This document shows positions 40,876-49,507 of a stretch of 64,000 bases of DNA, one piece after another (the first letter of the stretch is position 1; the number at the start of each line of letters is the position of its first letter). Source of the stretch: Bacteroidota bacterium (GTDB lineage: Bacteria > Bacteroidota > Bacteroidia > UBA8524). The DNA is taken from positions 121,992-185,991 of the forward strand of contig WGMZ01000031.1 in NCBI GenBank assembly GCA_016124735.1, in the 5' to 3' direction. Under the pieces are notes generated by a model. That model worked only from the letters and a program-made list of their open reading frames with translations, searched no databases and was not told the origin of the DNA. The position numbers were made by a program, and so were the translations under genes.

Positions 40876-41163
40876 ATGAACAGAGAAGAATTTCACGCCT
40901 ATGCAGACAAGAAAATAGATGAGATCTATGACCGTCTGGATGAATTAGAGAAAAAACGTGATTCCGCCACAGCCGCGGCAAAAGAAAAGTATTCCGATCA
41001 GATTGAAGCAGCCAAGAAAAAACGCGATGAACTAAAAGCAGATTTGCAAAAGCTAAAAGGCGCCAGTGGCGAGTCCTGGGAAGAATTGAAACTTGCATTT
41101 AATGAAAGCGCCGAATCCTTCAAGGTTCATCTTTCCAATATAAAGGCCCGCTTTAACGAGTAA
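40876..41163 (+). CDS. Small coiled-coil protein
   Basis: Heptad-rich, ASGESWEELK motif. Confidence 0.75.
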   Translation: MNREEFHAYADKKIDEIYDRLDELEKKRDSATAAAKEKYSDQIEAAKKKRDELKADLQKLKGASGESWEELKLAFNESAESFKVHLSNIKARFNE

Positions 41164-42151
41164 GGACCACTTTCGCCTTCTCGACCGTTTCCAGCCATTC
41201 CTGTTCAGGATTTGACTTCGCGGTAATTCCTGCCCCTACATACTGGTATGATTTACCATGTAACTGATGCAGGCAGCGCAGATTAACAAACAAGCGGCTT
41301 TCGGATGCGGATATTGTACCCATAAATCCGCTGTAATATGAACGAGACATTCCTTCGTGTTCCCGGATGAACTGCATCGCTTCCCCTTTCGGAATTCCTG
41401 CCACGGCAGGTGTTGGGGAAAGTCTTTGCAAGGCTTTCATGTCGCCGGGGTAATGCTCGTTTAATGAGGCTTCGATGCGGGTTTTAAGATGCAAAAGATG
41501 ACCGCTTTGGGAATATTCTTTGTCCTTTTGCTCCACATTCGAACTCCAGTCAGACACGCAGAACTTAATGTATTGCGTAACCAGATCCTGTTCTTCTTCC
41601 TCTTTGTATCCGAATGATGTATCCGGGCGCTGTGTTCCAGCCAAAGCCATGGTTTCTAGTGAATTTCCATTGCGATGTAAAAGCAGCTCCGGACTCGCTC
41701 CCATCCATAATCCTGTTGAGGGGCTAAACCAGAGGTAGCAAAATGCATCTTGATTTTTTAGACAAAGGCCATGGAAGTGATCCAAAGGATCTGCGTAATC
41801 ATGCCCCAGGAAAATGGCTCGTGCTGCCACAATCTTTTTGTAGCCTCCATTCCGAATCGCTTCAACGGAAGCATTTACATAATTGATGTAATCTGACTTA
41901 CCCCCGCAGTTTGGTGCCTCGATATGGATGGGGCTTTCCACCCCACTCACCCCTATACCATAAATGGGCAATTCATCTGTATCAAACGGGGCAAAGATAA
42001 ATCCAGGTTTGTCGGGCATTATTCCATCCCAGGCTTTTTCCAATGCAGGACCAAGATGATGCAGGGAGGGCTCATTCGGAAATCTCCAAATCACCCAGCT
42101 CATCCCATTTCTTATGGCCGAGTCAAGCTGTTCTTTATAATCGGAGCCCAT
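41153..42151 (-). CDS. menF: Isochorismate synthase (chorismate-binding)
   Basis: GASPELL, ALAGT, PTPAVAG, FVNLRC, VGAGIT; next to a menI-like gene. Confidence 0.82.
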   Translation of the reverse strand: MGSDYKEQLDSAIRNGMSWVIWRFPNEPSLHHLGPALEKAWDGIMPDKPGFIFAPFDTDELPIYGIGVSGVESPIHIEAPNCGGKSDYINYVNASVEAIRNGGYKKIVAARAIFLGHDYADPLDHFHGLCLKNQDAFCYLWFSPSTGLWMGASPELLLHRNGNSLETMALAGTQRPDTSFGYKEEEEQDLVTQYIKFCVSDWSSNVEQKDKEYSQSGHLLHLKTRIEASLNEHYPGDMKALQRLSPTPAVAGIPKGEAMQFIREHEGMSRSYYSGFMGTISASESRLFVNLRCLHQLHGKSYQYVGAGITAKSNPEQEWLETVEKAKVVLTR

Positions 42152-42587
42152 CGTCCTTTATTTCAACTACGGTCATCGTAAGCCTGCTTACACATACCCG
42201 ATCTCCCACTTCATCCCGGATATCAATGTCCCACACCTGAGACGACTTGCCCACATGATAGGGACGGGCTGTTCCGTAAACATAGCCCTCCTTCGCCGGT
42301 TTGAGATGGTTGGCATTGATTTCCATTCCAAATGCCACGTATTTGTTTCGATCGATTAAAAGATTGGCTGCCATGCTTCCGAGAGTTTCCGAAAGTGCGA
42401 GAGAAGCGCCGCCATTCAGCATTTTTAACGGCTGAAAAGTTCTTTCATCTACCGGCATCCGGGCTTTAAGAAAATCTTCATGAATCTCAATGTATTCAAT
42501 TCCAATTAATTCGGCCATGGTGCCCTTCATCCGCTCATTTAATTGCTGGAGCGGTATATTTGTGTCAATTTTTGGTAACTGTCTCAT
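42135..42587 (-). CDS. menI: Hotdog-fold thioesterase (DHNA-CoA hydrolase-like)
   Basis: MPVDERTFQP, LNGGASLALSET, EINANH. Confidence 0.78.
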   Translation of the reverse strand: MRQLPKIDTNIPLQQLNERMKGTMAELIGIEYIEIHEDFLKARMPVDERTFQPLKMLNGGASLALSETLGSMAANLLIDRNKYVAFGMEINANHLKPAKEGYVYGTARPYHVGKSSQVWDIDIRDEVGDRVCVSRLTMTVVEIKDDGLRL

Positions 42588-42589
42588 CT

Positions 42590-43231
42590 ATGAACGGAGT
42601 GTTGCAAAGTTCCTCTAAGCCACAGAAAAAAACAATTTACCTTATCCGTCATGGAGAAACGGAATTCAATCGATTGGGCATTGTCCAGGGAAGCGGCGTC
42701 GATAGTGACCTGAACGGAACAGGTCTTCATCAGGCAGAGCGCTTCTTTTTGAGTTATCGGAGTCATCCATTTGATCGGATTTACACTTCGGCCCTGCGAA
42801 GAACACAACAATCTGTTCAATCTTTTTTAAGTTCAGGCATCCCTCATACCATACTTCCAGAATTGAATGAGATCAGTTGGGGAGATTACGAAGGGAAAGA
42901 AAGTAAAGCATTCTGGAAACAGGATTATTTGGATATGATTGAGGCCTGGAAGAACGGAAATCTGGAATACCGCATTCCCGGCGGTGAAAATCCTTTGGAA
43001 TTGCAAACAAGACAAAAAATAGCCCTGCAACATATCCTTTCCCGTCCGAACGAAGAACAGGTTTTGGTTTGCATGCACGGACGTGCCATGAAGAGTTTCC
43101 TTTGTCTGATGCTGGACCTGCCTTTGAATCGAATGGATGAGTTCGAACATCAAAATCTCTGTTTGTATTTACTGGAACACGAGAATGGTCGTTTCAAATT
43201 ATTGGAAGCCAACAATACCCGGCACCTTTAA
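42590..43231 (+). CDS. Histidine phosphatase family protein
   Basis: YLIRHGET, LNEISWG, MHG; start uncertain. Confidence 0.9.
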   Translation: MNGVLQSSSKPQKKTIYLIRHGETEFNRLGIVQGSGVDSDLNGTGLHQAERFFLSYRSHPFDRIYTSALRRTQQSVQSFLSSGIPHTILPELNEISWGDYEGKESKAFWKQDYLDMIEAWKNGNLEYRIPGGENPLELQTRQKIALQHILSRPNEEQVLVCMHGRAMKSFLCLMLDLPLNRMDEFEHQNLCLYLLEHENGRFKLLEANNTRHL

Positions 43232-43299
43232 GGATCGAAACAGCCCGTTTTTAATGTTATTCATACTAACCTATATTTGCAGCACTTTTTAAAACCGAT

Positions 43300-44439
43300 A
43301 TGAATTTTGAACTGAGTGAAGAACACCTGATGATCCAACAAGCAGCGCGCGATTTTGCGAATGCTGAATTGTTGCCAGGCGTATGCGAACGCGACGAGAA
43401 GGGCATTTTCCCAATGGAACAAATCCGTAAAATGGGTGAGCTCGGCTTTATGGGGATGATGGTTAGCCCTGAATACGGCGGTGGAGGAATGGATACCATT
43501 TCTTATGTGTTGGCAATGGAAGAAATTTCCAAAGTAGATGCATCTGCATCGGTGGTTATGTCGGTAAATAATTCTCTTGTTTGCTGGGGACTCGAAACCT
43601 ACGGAAACGAAGAACAAAAACAAAAATACCTTGTACCGATGGCGAGCGGAAAAGTGCACGGCGCATTTCTCCTGTCGGAGCCTGAAGCGGGATCAGACGC
43701 AACATCACAGCGCACTACCGCATTCGATCAGGGCGATTATTACCTGTTAAATGGTACAAAAAACTGGATCACCAACGGAAGCACCGCCGACTACTATTTG
43801 GTAATCGCTCAGTCTGACGTGGAAGCCGGCCACCGTGGTATCAACGCATTCATCGTTGAAAAAGCATGGGACGGTGTAACAGTGGGTAAGAAAGAAGATA
43901 AAATGGGAATTCGTGGATCCGATACCCATTCCATTATGTTCCAGGACGTAAAAGTTCCAAAAGAAAATCGCATCGGAGAAAATGGATTCGGATTTAAATT
44001 CGCCATGAAAACATTGGCGGGTGGCCGTATTGGTATCGCTTCCCAAGCTTTGGGTATTGCTTCTGGGGCCTACGAAAGAGCACTGGCTTATTCCAAAGAA
44101 CGTAAAGCGTTCGGAAAAGAAATCATGAACCATCAGGCCATTCAATTTAAACTGGCAGACATGGCCACTGAGATTGAAGCCGCACGCTTGCTTTGTTTGA
44201 GAGCGGCCTGGTTAAAAGACCAAAAGCAAGATTATGGTTTGGCCTCTTCCATGGCTAAAGTATTTGCTTCTGAAACGGCCATGAAAACAACAACCGAAGC
44301 CGTTCAGGTTCACGGAGGTTATGGTTACGTTCGCGAATATCATGTAGAAAGAATGATGCGTGATGCAAAAATCACCCAGATTTACGAAGGCACTTCTGAA
44401 GTAAACCGCATTGTGATTTCCAGAGCAATTTTGAAGTAA
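43300..44439 (+). CDS. Acyl-CoA dehydrogenase
   Basis: LSEPEAGSDA, KNWITNG, QVHGGYGY, IYEGTSE. Confidence 0.97.
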   Translation: MNFELSEEHLMIQQAARDFANAELLPGVCERDEKGIFPMEQIRKMGELGFMGMMVSPEYGGGGMDTISYVLAMEEISKVDASASVVMSVNNSLVCWGLETYGNEEQKQKYLVPMASGKVHGAFLLSEPEAGSDATSQRTTAFDQGDYYLLNGTKNWITNGSTADYYLVIAQSDVEAGHRGINAFIVEKAWDGVTVGKKEDKMGIRGSDTHSIMFQDVKVPKENRIGENGFGFKFAMKTLAGGRIGIASQALGIASGAYERALAYSKERKAFGKEIMNHQAIQFKLADMATEIEAARLLCLRAAWLKDQKQDYGLASSMAKVFASETAMKTTTEAVQVHGGYGYVREYHVERMMRDAKITQIYEGTSEVNRIVISRAILK

Positions 44440-44469
44440 TATTCAATCTGCAGATGGACCAAAATATTT

Positions 44470-44495
44470 AAAACCCGGCAAACGTCGGGTTTTTT
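44470..44495 (+). terminator. Rho-independent terminator
   Basis: AAAACCCGGC-AAAC-GTCGGGTTTTTT. Confidence 0.85.
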
Positions 44496-44520
44496 GTTTT
44501 TCGGGAAAACTCAGCGAAAT

Positions 44521-44736
44521 ATTGTCACTCAGGCCCTCCGGGCCGAGTGACCTGCGATTTCTTTGCTCCGCTTAAGAGCGCTCCGGACTTTCCGGATCGA
44601 GCGCTTCAGGTTTCCGGAAAAAATCAACAGCTTAACATTCCTGCCAAATATTGTCACTCGGCCCGGAGGACCTGAGTGACCTGCGATTTCTTTGCTCCGC
44701 TTAATAGCGCTCCGGCCTTCCGGGCCGAGCGCTCCC
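44521..44736 (+). repeat. Left REP/REPIN-like array (2 units, 129-bp period)
   Basis: Units at 44521 and 44650, each with hairpins GTCACTC..GAGTGAC and AGCGCTC..GAGCGCT. Confidence 0.92.
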
Positions 44737-44810
44737 AATCCTCTGAGTATTTTGACATTCCCTGGACTTTTGGACTCGTGATGTGTTCGAATCAGCTATA
44801 AATTGTCTGT

Positions 44811-45281
44811 ATGCAAACTTTCTTTTTTACTTGTGTCGCCACCTCCAGAAAGCCCATCTTTGATCGCCAAAACCTCGATTTCATTAATGCAATCATTCAA
44901 TGTTGCGAGTACTTTTCCTTACGCCCGAGTTTCTTGCTTCACGCTTTAAGCATAATGCCTAATCATATTCATTTCTTATATTCAGAAATAGACTGTAAAA
45001 CAGATTTTAATACCCGCTTTCTTCGATTCACAACCAAACAAATACTTTCTACAAATAATCTTAGGTTAAAACATGAAAGAGTATCCTTTACATCCAATTA
45101 TAATGACAGAAAAACTCAAGTTTGGAGACCAAGAAGCAAGCTAATCCTGGTACATAATAAGCAACAATATTTTGCAGTGAAGAGGTATATCCATTCAAAT
45201 CACCTCAAGGAATTTTGGAAAGGTGCCGCTTTCAATCAAAAATTCCCCAGTCTGACTTTTTCGCCAAGATTCTGGGATTGA
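44811..45281 (+). mobile_element. REP-associated tyrosine transposase (RAYT, HUH/Y1 family), divergent
   Basis: FFFT N-terminus, IMPNHIHF HUH motif, QVW, YIHSN; flanked by palindromic repeats. Confidence 0.82.
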
Positions 45282-45496
45282 TTGTCACTCGGCCCGGAGG
45301 GCCTGAGTGACCTGCGATTTCTTTGCTCCGCTTAATAGCGCTCCGGCCTTTCCGGATCGAGCGCTTCAGGTTTCCGGAAAAAATCAACAGATTAACATTC
45401 CAGCGAAATATTGTCACTCCGCCCGGAGGGCCTGAGTGACCTGCGATTTCTTTGCTCCGCTTAATAGCGCTCCGGCCTTCCGAGCTCAGAGCTCCC
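45281..45496 (+). repeat. Right REP/REPIN-like array, direct repeat of 44521-44736
   Basis: Units at 45281 and 45410, near identical to the left array including the linker. Confidence 0.92.
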
Positions 45497-45517
45497 TACA
45501 TTTTCTGGTAATTGTCT

Positions 45518-46246
45518 TTATAAAAGAATCCGAATACCAAAATTGGCGGAATATTGGACACTGGCATATTTAGTCTCATTCAACCAATTATTAAGAATCG
45601 TCTGATGTGGCCCATATAAGCCTTTTAATTCCTGTTTCCAGGCCAAACCTGTCCTGTCATTAAATGGGACCAGGATTCCAAGCTCACCAAAAACTTGAAA
45701 ATCGCAGCACTTCCAACTCATCAGAGAATAATTGTAGCCCATACGGAAAAACGAATAGATATTCCAGGTTGATCCTTTCCCTGTAAAAGTCCTATAAGCC
45801 AAATTACCAGAGGAATCACGCAAAGATGAATAACCCTCCAATCGAAAGGTATACGTTTGCCAACTCAATCCAAAATCAAGGTAAATCGAATTTTTCTTCT
45901 CTTTTCCAAATTTTCTCTGAAGTCCTGCAGATACCATACTACGCGATTGTTGTTCACTCCCTGTAAGAAAAAACATCGCATTTGTTGTCTGACTGAATGT
46001 TTGAGGATAATAGTATTGACCCGACTGAAAAAAATCCAACATTGTTCGAAGTTGCCAAAGGGAATCGAGTTTCCAATACTTACCAATTCCTGAGCCTATA
46101 TCATAATGTCCGGTTTTTATCGCATGCTTTTGTCCTGGCATAGTGGCAAAATAAAATCCTTCTTGTAAACTGAAGACTGTTTGACCATTTACATTGTTCG
46201 CCAGGAAAAAAGTTAAAATTAATACTACTATTCCTCCTTGTTTCAT
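45518..46246 (-). CDS. Hypothetical outer-membrane beta-barrel-like protein
   Basis: Signal peptide, aromatic alternating strands, C-terminal ANFGIRILL. Confidence 0.6.
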   Translation of the reverse strand: MKQGGIVVLILTFFLANNVNGQTVFSLQEGFYFATMPGQKHAIKTGHYDIGSGIGKYWKLDSLWQLRTMLDFFQSGQYYYPQTFSQTTNAMFFLTGSEQQSRSMVSAGLQRKFGKEKKNSIYLDFGLSWQTYTFRLEGYSSLRDSSGNLAYRTFTGKGSTWNIYSFFRMGYNYSLMSWKCCDFQVFGELGILVPFNDRTGLAWKQELKGLYGPHQTILNNWLNETKYASVQYSANFGIRILL

Positions 46247-47064
46247 TATTTCAGTTTGAATGGAATGCTTACCGAACCCACCGTCAGTGTTGCATCATTG
46301 TCGCAAGTACCGTTACCGTAATCGATTATTCTTGGAGTAATACCTGTTTTACTGATTTGAAGAACCCCTTTATCAATATATGCACATGCCAATGCTCTAT
46401 GTAGATTGCTTTGTATATCCAGATTGTATACGGCATTGGAGGAAGTAGTCAAGGTTGCTGAACCTTCCATCTCCCAGGCATCGTCGGTCCAGTTAGCTGG
46501 CGTTCCGCTTCCGGCAACCCAATGCATAATCCTGTTACAAATCCAGCCTACAGTTCCACCATTCAATGGTTTTATTACAGTGCCATTCACATCTACCTGC
46601 CAATGTGGATTACTGTTCGCATCCAACCCAAGATTGGTTACCATTTTGGTACCATTTAATCCATAGTCGTTCACATAATAATTGGAAGGAGTGATAGTAA
46701 TCACATTCCCGCTATCCCAATAGGTTTTGGTATAGGTAATGTCGAGGACTCCCCTTCTGAATCGATTGTCTTTACACAAACAGTTGCTGGAGCCAAAATC
46801 AACTTTAATTTTTTTGTTCGATTGATCCAGTGTTACCGTAGCACAGCCCGCACTTTTAAATGATGAAAGGCTGCCAGATTCCGCTTCATCTGCAATGGAT
46901 TTTAAATCTCCAAAATACTGTTCGGAGATAACCAGTTCCTGCCCCATAAGCAGGTCACCCGAGTTTTCAGGTTGCGAAGTAGTTGTTTTGTCTTTTTTAC
47001 AGCTCGCAAAAATGAGCACAGAGAGAACGGCGGAAAGTATTCCGCAATTTTTGGATATAGTCAT
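46246..47064 (-). CDS. Hypothetical lipoprotein
   Basis: FASC-KKDK lipobox; VDFGSSNC..DNRFRRG and DYGNGTCD motifs. Confidence 0.8.
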   Translation of the reverse strand: MTISKNCGILSAVLSVLIFASCKKDKTTTSQPENSGDLLMGQELVISEQYFGDLKSIADEAESGSLSSFKSAGCATVTLDQSNKKIKVDFGSSNCLCKDNRFRRGVLDITYTKTYWDSGNVITITPSNYYVNDYGLNGTKMVTNLGLDANSNPHWQVDVNGTVIKPLNGGTVGWICNRIMHWVAGSGTPANWTDDAWEMEGSATLTTSSNAVYNLDIQSNLHRALACAYIDKGVLQISKTGITPRIIDYGNGTCDNDATLTVGSVSIPFKLK

Positions 47065-47080
47065 AGTTGATTCGTTTTTA

Positions 47081-48307
47081 CTACAAATGGGCGCCGACCA
47101 GAAGATCGATATCCTTGTATTTCAAGTTGAACCGCTCCCCGATATGGCGTTTAACCAGATTTCCTTTATAAATATACACTCCATTACGGATAATCATATT
47201 CTCCCAGAAATAGTTTTTAAACCCTCCGCTATCGGCAATATCCAGTAGGATTGGTGTAAAAATATTGCTCAAAGCATAGCTGGCTGTTCTGGCCACACGC
47301 GACGGAATATTTGGCACTCCGTAATGAATGACATCATGTTTCAGTACCGTAGGATTGGTATGGGTAGTTACTTCGGAGGTTTCAAAACATCCCCCCTGAT
47401 CAATACTAACATCCACAATGACCGCTCCGGGTTTCATCTTACTGACCATTTCTTCGCTTACCACATTCGGGCTTCTACCTTCGTCACTTCGTAAAGCCCC
47501 AATAGCCAAATCGCATGTAAGAAGTGCCTTACCTAAAATATTGGGCTGAATAATGGAGGTGAAAACAGGAATACCGATATGATTTTGCAAACGACGCAGC
47601 TTCGCTAAGGAGTTGTCAAAAACCTTGACACTCGCTCCCAATGCAACCGCAGTTCTGGCCGCGTATTCTCCCACTGTGCCTGCACCGATAATCACCACTT
47701 CGGACGGAGGGATTCCAGATATTCCGCCCAGCAATTCGCCCTTGCCGCCACGAGGGTTGCCGAGGTATTCAGCACCAATCAGCACAGCCGATCTTCCCGC
47801 AATCTCGCTCATGCTCCGAATGATGGACAATGTGTCTTCCTGATCTTTCAGAAACTCGTAGGCAATGGCGGTAATCTTTTTATTGATGAGCTGCTTGATA
47901 TAGGAATCCGTGAGGTTGGTCATCTGAATAGCCGAAAACAAATAATGTCCCGGCGTCATCATATCAATCTCCTCTTTGGTGGGAGGATCAATCTTTAAGA
48001 TGATATCCGATTTATATACTTCCTCTTTGCCGTATACAATCTTGGCACCCGCTTCACTGTACTGGCGGTCTTGGAAATTGGCGTTTTTTCCCGCTCCGGA
48101 TTCAATGGTTATTTCATGTCCGGAATTTACCAGCAAGGCAACAGATGAAGGGGTAAGTGGAACGCGGTTTTCCTGATAGGTAATCTCCTTCGGTATACCA
48201 ACAGAGAGCCGCAATTCGTTTTTTCTGATCTCCAACAATTGTTCTTGTGGCTGCAGAGACGCCTGCTTTGCCAACTCCTGAAAAGGCGATTTGGGGGTTT
48301 CTTTCAT
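47081..48307 (-). CDS. Alanine dehydrogenase-like protein (second, divergent paralogue)
   Basis: GIPKEI..ENRVPL, MSEIAGR, GAGTVG, DVSIDQGGCFETS; catalytic K/H positions substituted. Confidence 0.85.
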   Translation of the reverse strand: MKETPKSPFQELAKQASLQPQEQLLEIRKNELRLSVGIPKEITYQENRVPLTPSSVALLVNSGHEITIESGAGKNANFQDRQYSEAGAKIVYGKEEVYKSDIILKIDPPTKEEIDMMTPGHYLFSAIQMTNLTDSYIKQLINKKITAIAYEFLKDQEDTLSIIRSMSEIAGRSAVLIGAEYLGNPRGGKGELLGGISGIPPSEVVIIGAGTVGEYAARTAVALGASVKVFDNSLAKLRRLQNHIGIPVFTSIIQPNILGKALLTCDLAIGALRSDEGRSPNVVSEEMVSKMKPGAVIVDVSIDQGGCFETSEVTTHTNPTVLKHDVIHYGVPNIPSRVARTASYALSNIFTPILLDIADSGGFKNYFWENMIIRNGVYIYKGNLVKRHIGERFNLKYKDIDLLVGAHL

Positions 48308-48349
48308 GAAAGCCGAATAGGTCTTTTAAAGGTACGAATATTCCCCGAA

Positions 48350-49060
48350 TTAGCGATAATAACTACGGTCGCGGTAAGGGAATTTTTTCGAACATCGCCG
48401 ATTCGCAATATTTATAGCATCATTTGCTTTCGTGTTGTAGTTAATATTCAATCTCAGCGGGACATTCCACAACATGCTTCCGTCGGCGCCATTCATCAAT
48501 TGACAATTCAGTTTGATCTCGTATGTCTTACTCGCATTAGAACTTACGTATGGCAAGGCAGTCGCTCCTGGAACCTGCATATTTCTAAGCACCTGTCCTG
48601 CGGCTATAATCCCAAAAGATTCCAGATCCGACAGGAATTTTTCCTTTTCCACCCGGGTGCATATCACCGATTGAACACCAAGAATACCCGCCAATCTTTC
48701 CGGCGATTCCTTCCATGCATCTGTAAGTACAACGCCACTATCCAATAGCAGGCGATTGGTAGTGGACGGGTTTTGAATTTCAATCTTGATTTTATGCCTG
48801 CCTGTTCCCGACCTTCTCAACAATTGGTTGTATAAGCTCAGTTGGAAGGCCTGAGATTCTGTTTCATTGATTTTCTGAAGGTCAGCAGGAGAAAGCTCTT
48901 TGATGAGTTTTCCAGTATAAACCATCTGATAAGGAATGATGGCCACCGATTGATGGTCTTGCGTTTTTTGTGTGAATTGTGGATTGGTGTACACATGGGC
49001 ACAGGAGGCCAGCATTAACAGGATTGGGGCCAGCAGAGGCAGTAGGTAATTTTTTCTCAT
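48350..49060 (-). CDS. Hypothetical lipoprotein
   Basis: LASC lipobox; VAIIPY; C-terminal KFPY. Confidence 0.75.
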   Translation of the reverse strand: MRKNYLLPLLAPILLMLASCAHVYTNPQFTQKTQDHQSVAIIPYQMVYTGKLIKELSPADLQKINETESQAFQLSLYNQLLRRSGTGRHKIKIEIQNPSTTNRLLLDSGVVLTDAWKESPERLAGILGVQSVICTRVEKEKFLSDLESFGIIAAGQVLRNMQVPGATALPYVSSNASKTYEIKLNCQLMNGADGSMLWNVPLRLNINYNTKANDAINIANRRCSKKFPYRDRSYYR

Positions 49061-49096
49061 GGTTTCAGGACGAAGCGGTTAATCCTTCACTTCACT

Positions 49097-49507
49097 CTAC
49101 CAGCTAATACTTCTTTTTCCATCTTCCTCATGATTCAGGCTCACCCGAATTCCCTCTTCCGGCAATAAATCCAGCACCACTTCGGGCCATTCAATCAGAC
49201 AAATTGAACCTGAATCCAGGTATTCCAAAAATCCGATATCGAGTGCCTCATCCAGGCTGTTCATACGGTATAAATCGAAATGAAAAATGTGTTCGTCTGA
49301 ATTTTGATATTCATTAACCAGGCCAAAACTTGGGCTCGACACAAAATCACTTACTCCTAATGCTTTGCATATTTCCTGAATAGTAGTGGTTTTTCCCGTT
49401 CCCAAATTTCCGGAAAAGGTCATTATTCTTGATTCCTTTACCAGGTTTGCCAATGTTTTAGCCACCTCCCGTGTATTTTCTATGCTGGAAAGCAGATACT
49501 TTGGCAT
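49097..49507 (-). CDS. tsaE: tRNA t6A biosynthesis ATPase TsaE
   Basis: GNLGTGKTT, VSSPSF, HFDLYR, LIEWPE. Confidence 0.96.
   Translation of the reverse strand: MPKYLLSSIENTREVAKTLANLVKESRIMTFSGNLGTGKTTTIQEICKALGVSDFVSSPSFGLVNEYQNSDEHIFHFDLYRMNSLDEALDIGFLEYLDSGSICLIEWPEVVLDLLPEEGIRVSLNHEEDGKRSISW

Noticed and set aside
44529..45417. Minus-strand ORFs of 69 and 61 aa
   Set aside because: They lie mainly in the REP arrays and repeat the same peptide.
44521..45496. CRISPR array or classical IS with terminal inverted repeats
   Set aside because: Linkers are duplicated, the units are REP-like hairpins, and the ORF is an HUH enzyme with no DDE motif or TnpB.
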